Position numbers and translations under genes: made by a program. Of a stretch of DNA of 64,000 bases, positions 57,571-64,000 are shown piece by piece (positions within the stretch are counted from its first letter, which is position 1; each line of letters opens with the position of its first letter). The notes under the pieces were generated by a model. It was not told the DNA's origin, made no database searches, and saw nothing but the letters and a program-made list of their open reading frames with translations. The DNA is taken from positions 124,001 through 188,000 of IMG/VR virus record IMGVR_UViG_3300037110_000087; one strand, written 5' to 3'.

Positions 57571-57780
57571 CTAGAAGGGCAACCTGTCATCGTCGGGTTC
57601 CACGCGCTTCCTGGGTTTGAAGACTTCGCGGGTGAGCGACTTGATTGCGGAATGGGGGTTACCCAAGTGAGCGAATGGGAAATCATGTTCCGGGTGCCTT
57701 GCGATTCTACCGGCTTCGACGGTGAGACAGCGCAGGTTGAGGTTGAGGTAGAAATACTTGATGAAAAGATGATGGCGCAT
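57571..57780 (-). CDS. 69-aa hypothetical protein (MRHHLFIK...)
   Basis: ORF in operon context. Confidence 0.45.
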   Translation of the reverse strand: MRHHLFIKYFYLNLNLRCLTVEAGRIARHPEHDFPFAHLGNPHSAIKSLTREVFKPRKRVEPDDDRLPF

Positions 57781-57788
57781 GAGATCCC

Positions 57789-57938
57789 CTACGCGGCTTG
57801 CAGCTTGTCGCAGTTGTCCAGGTCGCAGTTCCAGGAGTCGACCTCGTGCCAAGATGGACCCTGCTCCCGACCGGCGAAGCTGAGACAGGTCATGAGATCA
57901 CGGAAGGCGAGATAGAGGGAATTATAGAGTTCGTTCAT
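57789..57938 (-). CDS. 49-aa hypothetical protein (MNELYNSL...)
   Basis: Manual translation; ATGA overlap. Confidence 0.45.
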   Translation of the reverse strand: MNELYNSLYLAFRDLMTCLSFAGREQGPSWHEVDSWNCDLDNCDKLQAA

Positions 57939-58321
57939 TTCATCCTCAGCAATTCGTTGGCACGGTTGACAGCGATCTTCCGATCGTCGCCCTTGTAATC
58001 GGGGATGGTTTCGAGAAGGGCCGACAGCGCGTCTTCCAGGTCTTCGATCCGCTTGGCATCGTCGACCACTTCGACCATAAGCTGCTCGAATTCCTCCCGG
58101 CTATCCGCAGCGGCATAGCAACCCTGCCGATGCCGATCGAAGGGAACCTTCTCAAGTTCCTTAATCGCGACCATCGCTGGTATATAGTCAGCCACCAGTC
58201 CGCTGTCACCGTGATCAAGGAAGACGAACACGTGGTTCGCACACACGAGGAGTCGATTTCGTGCCTGATACCTGAACTTGGTGCCATGGGGGAGATCGAA
58301 CAACCGATGGAGTTCGCTCAT
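57935..58321 (-). CDS. hypothetical protein
   Basis: RBS aggagg. Confidence 0.65.
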   Translation of the reverse strand: MSELHRLFDLPHGTKFRYQARNRLLVCANHVFVFLDHGDSGLVADYIPAMVAIKELEKVPFDRHRQGCYAAADSREEFEQLMVEVVDDAKRIEDLEDALSALLETIPDYKGDDRKIAVNRANELLRMK

Positions 58322-58330
58322 TTCATCCTC

Positions 58331-58984
58331 CTAATTGGTCTGGCTGAGGTTCTTCATGGCACGGCGCACCTTGATCTGCCATGCCTGATTAGACTTCTCC
58401 CGGAAGAATGGCTCGAGGGTGCCCTGGGGGTCCTTGCCGACCAGCCCTTCGATTGCAGAGTCGTTCAGCTTGACGATTTCCTTGAACACCTTGGCCGGAT
58501 CGCGCTGGATGATACGAGCCAGCCAGAGTCCCTCTTCAATGACATAGTGGGACTCTACGTTAGTGGTGAGCCTGGGGAACATGCCAGCCAGAAGGACCTG
58601 ACGAGCCAAGAACGTCGATCCCAGCAGGAATTCAGAATCGAACACGCAGAGATCGAAGATGTAGAGGGTGTCCTTGATCTGCGGGGTCTTGGCATCAATC
58701 AACTCGCAGAGGAACACGGTCCACTTGCCAGGAGTGGCATACTTGACGAGCTTCCTAGTCCTGTCAGTCGGCTTCCACTGTTTGTGGACTTCACCATGCC
58801 GGTTCAGGTTGTGGATCTCGCCAGTCGGGGATACCCCGATAATGGAGTAAGTGCCGTTCATCTTGTATTGCCACAGCCAGCCCTTGCCGGTGTAGTGCGA
58901 GAACATCGCAGGAGCGACAGCGTATTCAGGCCGCGCTGGGAAGCGGAGGAAGGACGGTTTCCAGTCGGTGAAGGGCAGTGCCAT
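58331..58984 (-). CDS. stand-alone ATP-dependent polynucleotide ligase adenylation (NTase) domain
   Basis: Motif I QYKMNG, III LCEL, IIIa YIFD, IV EGLVGK, V WQIKVR; protein ends right after motif V. Confidence 0.8.
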   Translation of the reverse strand: MALPFTDWKPSFLRFPARPEYAVAPAMFSHYTGKGWLWQYKMNGTYSIIGVSPTGEIHNLNRHGEVHKQWKPTDRTRKLVKYATPGKWTVFLCELIDAKTPQIKDTLYIFDLCVFDSEFLLGSTFLARQVLLAGMFPRLTTNVESHYVIEEGLWLARIIQRDPAKVFKEIVKLNDSAIEGLVGKDPQGTLEPFFREKSNQAWQIKVRRAMKNLSQTN

Positions 58985-58992
58985 GGCATCCT

Positions 58993-59208
58993 CTACAGGT
59001 TGTTGTAGACGTTGACCGCACGGAAGAGGTCACAGCCCTGGTAGATGCTGGGGTCTTCCTGACCCGAACCAGCGACACCATGAGTGACCTTATATTCACT
59101 GGTCCCATTGAACCAGATTCGGCAAAGCATCCTTCCTCTGACTTCACTGGCGTAGAGGCTCCAGTGATTCTTCGCGTGTCGGATCACTTCGCTGACGCTG
59201 ATCTGCAT
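58993..59208 (-). CDS. hypothetical early protein (71 aa)
   Basis: RBS AGGAGAAATCC. Confidence 0.65.
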   Translation of the reverse strand: MQISVSEVIRHAKNHWSLYASEVRGRMLCRIWFNGTSEYKVTHGVAGSGQEDPSIYQGCDLFRAVNVYNNL

Positions 59209-59227
59209 TGGGATTTCTCCTACAACC

Positions 59228-59256
59228 AGTATACCATAGGGACGGATTTCACACAA
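59228..59256 (-). promoter_or_regulatory. early promoter TTGTGT-gaaatccgtccctatgg-TATACT
   Basis: Conserved copy. Confidence 0.85.
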
Positions 59257-59259
59257 TTC

Positions 59260-59586
59260 CTAGCTGCGAAGCCGCTCATCCCAGCAGCATTCACCAACCC
59301 AGCACCGAAGGTGGCCCAAGTTGGTCCGATGAGCAGTGACTATGCTGGTCTGCTTGTGGCAGATACCACACTCGACCTGGACGCGTTTGCGCGGCTTGGG
59401 AGTAGCCAGGGCCACACCGATCTCAGTCAGGAACCGGCCCAGGGCCACACGCTGTTCCTGGGTGCTGAGGGTGCCAGTCATGCCCTCTTCCTCAGCGCAC
59501 TGGATGGGTAGAGAGTCTAGGCGGTAGCAGCCTGATTCATCCAGTTCGAATCGGAACTGATCATTCTCGATCTTGATGGGTTTCAT
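59260..59586 (-). CDS. hypothetical protein with Cys-rich C-terminus
   Basis: RBS ggagg; CGIC...H...CC. Confidence 0.6.
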   Translation of the reverse strand: MKPIKIENDQFRFELDESGCYRLDSLPIQCAEEEGMTGTLSTQEQRVALGRFLTEIGVALATPKPRKRVQVECGICHKQTSIVTAHRTNLGHLRCWVGECCWDERLRS

Positions 59587-59607
59587 CTGATCCTCCGATA
59601 CCCCATT

Positions 59608-59623
59608 GGCCCCTTTCGGGGCC
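59608..59623 (-). terminator. intergenic GGCCCC-GAAA-GGGGCC hairpin
   Basis: 6-bp GC stem with GAAA tetraloop on the minus strand; no clear U tract. Confidence 0.35.
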
Positions 59624-59675
59624 TTGGGCGGGTTCCTAACTTAGCAGAATTGCTCTATCTGCCTATTTCAGAACC

Positions 59676-60458
59676 CTATTTCTTCGCGATGGCCTTCTTG
59701 GGTTCTTCGGGAGCCAGGGAGATCCCATCGGCCTTGAGGATGCTGAACGCCAGGGCCAGCAGATCCTTGTCGTTGCCCTTCTCATCCTTCTCCGCGATGA
59801 GCATGGTCTTGATGGCCGGGGTGCACAGGATGTCGATGGCCTGTTCGATCTGTTCCTTGCTGGGCAGCTTGCAAGCCGCTTCGATGGCGTCATCGCTGGA
59901 GATCGCGATCTTGGCTTCGGCCTGATGCAGGATCACCGCGACACCCGCGAATTCGGGGATCTTGGCGATAACCGGGCTGATGGCTGCGCTCAGCTTGCTC
60001 ATCAGGACCTGATTGCCCATGATCTCCGGATTGAAGTAGAACTGGTCGGCGGTCTTGACGTTCTCGCCCAGCTTGGTGATCAGGTCGGCGCTCAGGGCCT
60101 TGAGGATATCCTGCTGATCGCTGGTGATCTCGATGCGCATATCCCGGCGCTTGATCTGGCAGTCAGCGCTGGAATGGTTGTCTTCGCCCTTGAAGTTGGC
60201 CGGACGGTTGTGGGTCAGGCTGGCGATGTTGGAGTAGGTGCTGACGATCTGCTGCTTGATGGACGCTTCCTTGGATTCCTTGAGTCCCTTGAGGGTGTTC
60301 ATCAGGGCATTGATGGAAGCCAGTTCGTCCAGACCCTCGATCTCGTAGCTGGCCTTCACGGCGGTCTTCGCCTTGGTGACGGGAGCGGCAACGATGGGAG
60401 CCGATCCAAAGGCATCGAAGGCGGGAGCGGTCTTGGTGGCGGTGGCGGTCTTGGCCAT
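59676..60458 (-). CDS. early hypothetical protein (260 aa), strongly codon-biased
   Basis: RBS AGGAGAAATCC; C/G-ending codons. Confidence 0.8.
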   Translation of the reverse strand: MAKTATATKTAPAFDAFGSAPIVAAPVTKAKTAVKASYEIEGLDELASINALMNTLKGLKESKEASIKQQIVSTYSNIASLTHNRPANFKGEDNHSSADCQIKRRDMRIEITSDQQDILKALSADLITKLGENVKTADQFYFNPEIMGNQVLMSKLSAAISPVIAKIPEFAGVAVILHQAEAKIAISSDDAIEAACKLPSKEQIEQAIDILCTPAIKTMLIAEKDEKGNDKDLLALAFSILKADGISLAPEEPKKAIAKK

Positions 60459-60491
60459 TGGATTTCTCCTAGCGGGATTGAACCCTAAAAA

Positions 60492-60520
60492 ATTATACCA
60501 CAGGGACAGATTTCGCACAA
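60492..60520 (-). promoter_or_regulatory. early promoter TTGTGC-gaaatctgtccctgtgg-TATAAT
   Basis: Spacer identical to the 57339-57367 copy. Confidence 0.85.
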
Positions 60521-60536
60521 GTATTTCCGTGAGGGT

Positions 60537-60701
60537 CTAGAAGTCCCGGCCCTCAACCCAGGTGGCGAACTGACGGGCATATCGGGCGGTCCGCTGTTCG
60601 GCCAGCTTCCGCTTCCGCTTGGTGGTCCAGGGACCGGCCTCCCGGAACGCCAGGAATACCTTCTTGCCCTTCTTCCGGATGGGCTTGGGGGTGTGTGCCA
60701 T
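60537..60701 (-). CDS. 54-aa very basic protein (MAHTPKPIRKKGKK...)
   Basis: RBS ggagg before ATG at 60701. Confidence 0.6.
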   Translation of the reverse strand: MAHTPKPIRKKGKKVFLAFREAGPWTTKRKRKLAEQRTARYARQFATWVEGRDF

Positions 60702-60727
60702 GGGGGCCTCCAGGGGTGGACTCAAAT

Positions 60728-60793
60728 CGGGATGGTGGTGTTTCAACCCAGTCTGGAGGGGATTACCCTCGTAGGACTATGACCACCATCCCG
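60728..60793 (-). ncRNA. candidate structured leader RNA (12-bp closing stem with nested hairpin)
   Basis: CGGGATGGTGGT/ACCACCATCCCG perfect complement; inner AGTC/GACT and GAGGG/CCCTC stems. Confidence 0.4.
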
Positions 60794-60810
60794 GATTTCT
60801 CCATACCTAA

Positions 60811-60839
60811 ATTATAACATATCTTAGGATTTCACACAA
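60811..60839 (-). promoter_or_regulatory. early promoter TTGTGT-gaaatcctaagatatgt-TATAAT
   Basis: Conserved copy; divergent from the + gene at 60934. Confidence 0.8.
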
Positions 60840-60933
60840 TAGGTAAATTTTGCCTATTACACAGGGGTCCCGGAACCCACCTTCCAGATATGGCTCCGGA
60901 CGGGTTATAATTAGAAGGGGAGAGATCGTAGAG

Positions 60934-61479
60934 ATGCAGTTAGTTCTGACCGCCATAGTCGCGACATTCAACAAAGAGAAGGCCACAGCGAACCGGATCT
61001 GTGCCATGTTGAGGGAGTATAAGATCCCTTTCACCAAGAGCTACAATGGCATTTATGTCAAGTTTGCGCGTTTCATCATAAGAATCTCTAACCATAAGGC
61101 TCCAGTGTATAAGGATGATGCCCTTGCTCTACAGAGGAGACACAATCTGGATATTTCCCCAGGTAAGAACACCCTAGCAGAGGCATTTCATCTGATTGAG
61201 GATTTTCACAATGGGAGTGATAGTCTGGAGAACCGAGTTAAGAAAAGAACACATGAGGTCATAGATATCTTCAATGACTATGGAATTCCATTTACAATCG
61301 AGAAGATACCAAATTGTACTACTGTAATTCACTTTAATGACGGGTACAAGGTCAGAATATCAGATGCTCCCATGGGGGAACTGGATAAATACAACTGTGA
61401 TCTTGATCTATATCCGGGTAGTCCAGACAGCAAGCTAAGTGTAGTTGAATTACTATCTGAATTAACGAAGGTATCTTAA
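60934..61479 (+). CDS. protein with leader-like N-terminus MQLVLTAIV and an internal two-fold repeat
   Basis: Y(K/G)IPFT...RIS(N/D)...LD(I/L)(S/Y)PG occurs twice; preceded by GGTTATAAT. Confidence 0.65.
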   Translation: MQLVLTAIVATFNKEKATANRICAMLREYKIPFTKSYNGIYVKFARFIIRISNHKAPVYKDDALALQRRHNLDISPGKNTLAEAFHLIEDFHNGSDSLENRVKKRTHEVIDIFNDYGIPFTIEKIPNCTTVIHFNDGYKVRISDAPMGELDKYNCDLDLYPGSPDSKLSVVELLSELTKVS

Positions 61480-61716
61480 ATGGATGTCCCAGGATTATTA
61501 AGACTGATCGAGACTGATCTGGCAACAAAGGCCATCCAGCAGGGCATTGGTGCTTCGAACTGGGAACGGATATGCACTCCTGCGCTTCTGGATGCCATGA
61601 GGAAGGTCAGAGGTATCTCTAGCTATCAAGCCAAGGAAATCCTTGAAGTGTTAGGCGAGAATGGACAGAAGAGATTATCGACAGCTTCGTTAATGGCCCT
61701 GCAATCGATTGTATGA
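61480..61716 (+). CDS. hypothetical protein (78 aa)
   Basis: Abuts the upstream stop. Confidence 0.55.
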   Translation: MDVPGLLRLIETDLATKAIQQGIGASNWERICTPALLDAMRKVRGISSYQAKEILEVLGENGQKRLSTASLMALQSIV

Positions 61717-63228
61717 TTATAAGCTTGCAGATAATTCTACCTTGAGTCGTGCTGTTTCTCTCAGATGACATGGTAGACATAGAGTACGCAGGTTATCCAA
61801 CATTCCCTTGATCAACAGAGAACCACCTAAAGCCTGACTGAATCCATGATCGCAATCCCAGAAGGTTCGTCTGTGTTGCCATTTGCAAAGAGGAATACCT
61901 TGCTCTTCAAACACCTTTTGGGCAATTAGCTCCTTTTGCTTGCCCTGAGTGCCCCTAGTTGCTGCTTTGACAAGCTTGAAAAATTTGGAACAATTAAGTC
62001 CACAGCTCTTGCAGACTCCTCTGTCTCTCTTGTATACGGCCTTTCTGGCAAAACTGGGGAACATAGCAATCTTGTAGTCTGTCTCACATTCTTTGGAACA
62101 ATAAACACTTCTGCGCTTCACTGTTATTGTCACTTTACATGCTTTGCAAATTTTGTTCTCGGATTTGGGTTCGCAAGCCTTGCAATACCATCTGCGATGA
62201 TTCCATATGACCCTTCCTAACACAGTAAACTGGTGTCCATTTTTGCATTCGGTAAGAAACTCTGATTGGCCGTCTTTCCATGTTCCCGATATAAGCTTTC
62301 CACCACAAGAGTTAATGTGCAATTCCAATTTGTCACGGTTGCTTGTAGTTCTGCTGGCTACCTGCATACCACAATCAAAACACCATCGGCCTTTCTTCAG
62401 ATTGGCATAGGTACCGTTCCATTTATGGCCTTGGCCACACTGGAATGTGTATTTCCCATGATGTCCGAGATAAACACTGGATAGACATTCACCACCATAT
62501 CGTCTTGCTAGTTCTTTGATCTCTATCATTTTGTCTTTGAATGTAGCACTAGCGAATTCTTCCACATTGTTGATCCTAAATGAGTCAGGGAGCAAGTTGT
62601 TGATGAACTTTGGCAAATCGTTTATTTTGATGTTGTAAGGGATTACCAAGAGTTTCACATTATGATTGTCGCATTGTTTCTGTTTAAGTTCATCATAGTT
62701 TGGATTCTCCCCCAGCCAAGTCGGTTTGTAATGTTGTTCTCCATTATGTTCGAAGGCTAATTTAAGTTCATCATTGAAACCATCAAGTTCTAATGAGTTG
62801 CCCTTCGGAGAAACAAGCCAATCGGGTCTGATTTTCGAAAAAGACTTTCCGGTGATATGTTCCAACACTGACCTACAAAGTTCTTCTCGCACATAATACA
62901 TCTTTGAGCATACAGTGCACCAACTATGGCCGGATACAACATTTGTATACGACGATTTCCATTGATGACCCAGATGACATTCCCAATCAAGAATGCTTTT
63001 TTCATTTTCGTAGTCTATGGATAAGCATTTGCCATTCTTTTGTTTCGCGAATGCTTGAGCGTTGGCCAAACTTTCTGTTTTTCGTATCCCCTTGCGCTCC
63101 TCTTTGCGCTTCGCAACAAGGTCCTGCCAATCCTTTTCTCTGAAATTCCTTCCGCAGTCCAAACATTTGAGTCTATGAACACCATTTCCAATTGCTCTCG
63201 TGCTCTTACAATCAGGACATTCTTCCAT
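61717..63228 (-). CDS. putative homing endonuclease: Zn-ribbon repeats, PD-(D/E)xK-like domain and C-terminal HNH
   Basis: LELDGFNDELKLAFEHNGEQHY; three C..GH.(W/F) repeats; RDRGVCKSCG...DCDH...NLRTLCLPCH; antisense to its neighbours. Confidence 0.75.
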   Translation of the reverse strand: MEECPDCKSTRAIGNGVHRLKCLDCGRNFREKDWQDLVAKRKEERKGIRKTESLANAQAFAKQKNGKCLSIDYENEKSILDWECHLGHQWKSSYTNVVSGHSWCTVCSKMYYVREELCRSVLEHITGKSFSKIRPDWLVSPKGNSLELDGFNDELKLAFEHNGEQHYKPTWLGENPNYDELKQKQCDNHNVKLLVIPYNIKINDLPKFINNLLPDSFRINNVEEFASATFKDKMIEIKELARRYGGECLSSVYLGHHGKYTFQCGQGHKWNGTYANLKKGRWCFDCGMQVASRTTSNRDKLELHINSCGGKLISGTWKDGQSEFLTECKNGHQFTVLGRVIWNHRRWYCKACEPKSENKICKACKVTITVKRRSVYCSKECETDYKIAMFPSFARKAVYKRDRGVCKSCGLNCSKFFKLVKAATRGTQGKQKELIAQKVFEEQGIPLCKWQHRRTFWDCDHGFSQALGGSLLIKGMLDNLRTLCLPCHLRETARLKVELSASL

Positions 63229-63313
63229 ATTTATACCTCTAGTTCATTTTATCATATTGACCATAATCCCTGTCGTGAGTGGTGGAGGGTTAAAGGATAT
63301 TTGGAGTAACCAA

Positions 63314-64000
63314 ATGTCGAAGAAGATCATGGTGGAAGTGTATAAAGACCACCCCGATGCGATCATGCCAAAGAAGGGTCGTACTGAAGGGATGTATGTG
63401 GATGCTTGCTATGATTTATTCACTCATGAGAACATCTGGATCCCGGCCCATTCTCAGGTGATGGTTGATACTGGCCTCAAGATACTGATCCCTACTGGCT
63501 ATTGGATCAAGTTCCATGAGCGCGGTGGTCTGGCTAGCAAGGCAATTAGTGTGGGTGCTGGGATCATTGATAACAATTATACTGGCAATTTCATAGTGAT
63601 TCTGCGCAACAACGATCCTGATGAAGATTTCAGTATCGCAGCGGGTAAGGCTATCGCCCAGTTTTCGCTAGAGAAGATCCGAGAAGTGAACTTTGTAGAA
63701 ATCAGCAAGGATATGCTTAACAGGATTAGTGAAGCTCGTAAGGAACGGGGTGAGAATGGATTTGGGTCATCTGACCGGATCGAATGCAAGGTTGTAGAAA
63801 AGCCTAGTGGGTACACGACTGATCACCATCCTGAGGAATGGGGTCCATCCAGTGATCGACATTTAACCTGTTCTTGTGGTGATACTGACCCAGATCACAT
63901 TCTACAAGTCCTGGGAGTACCAAAGGAACTCATTGAGGGTGGTAAACTATATGAACCAATCAATGGTGGACCACTTCCATTAGAAGCTCCGGAACAGATA
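63314..64000 (+). CDS. dut: trimeric dUTPase with C-terminal extension (partial; runs off the window; absent from the ORF track)
   Basis: Manual translation: DACYDL, HERGGL, GIIDNNYTG, IAQF, RGENGFGSSD. Confidence 0.9.
   Translation, partial: MSKKIMVEVYKDHPDAIMPKKGRTEGMYVDACYDLFTHENIWIPAHSQVMVDTGLKILIPTGYWIKFHERGGLASKAISVGAGIIDNNYTGNFIVILRNNDPDEDFSIAAGKAIAQFSLEKIREVNFVEISKDMLNRISEARKERGENGFGSSDRIECKVVEKPSGYTTDHHPEEWGPSSDRHLTCSCGDTDPDHILQVLGVPKELIEGGKLYEPINGGPLPLEAPEQI

Noticed and set aside
59541-59562. GTTCGAATC resembling a tRNA T-loop
   Set aside because: It lies within a coding region (DQFRFELDE on the minus strand) with no cloverleaf around it.
58130-60488. Long + strand ORFs (58130-59008, 58978-59511, 59925-60488; also 56166-56963)
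   Set aside because: These are antisense shadows of codon-biased minus-strand genes that have promoters, RBSs and recognisable motifs.
57339-60839. Repeated ~30-nt motif as a CRISPR array or lac-operator/vector contamination (gatttcacacaa)
   Set aside because: Spacing is irregular and kb-scale, each copy has -35/-10 geometry before a gene, and the lac similarity is only a few bases.
1-64000. Stop-codon reassignment as seen in some jumbo phages
   Set aside because: Standard code gives long, tightly abutting ORFs with intact conserved motifs.

Overview
This window looks like part of a large (jumbo-type) myovirus genome. It has dense coding in the standard genetic code, and I found no tRNA, rRNA or CRISPR array. 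From left to right it carries: a contractile-tail baseplate/fibre module (0.8-16 kb); a DUF364-like gene; a terminase large subunit with a 130-aa mini-intein inside its Walker A motif; small head-region genes, portal, prohead protease and a scaffold-like protein (19-26 kb); a giant hub-like protein and neck/tail genes; a metallophosphoesterase; a gp32-like SSB with a Pro/Gly/Met-rich tail; tail chaperone-like genes and tape measure (39-44 kb); HNH, ClpP, RusA, an ART-like protein and an XPD/DinG helicase; a GC-richer minus-strand early block with five near-identical sigma70-type promoters (55-61 kb); an antisense dual-nuclease gene; and a dUTPase truncated by the window end. The main candidate for a new system is a short N-terminal leader, M-x(1-2)-L-x-L-x-A-(F/Y/T)-(V/I/P)-K. 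It is shared at the protein level by about 8-10 mostly unrelated, dispersed proteins, including small acidic paralogs, an ART-like protein and WPEAEP-repeat proteins. It could be a capsid-targeting or protease-cleaved signal analogous to the T4 CTS. Several domain types hint at an Acidobacteriota host (inference). All family assignments come from motif recognition by eye; no searches were run.
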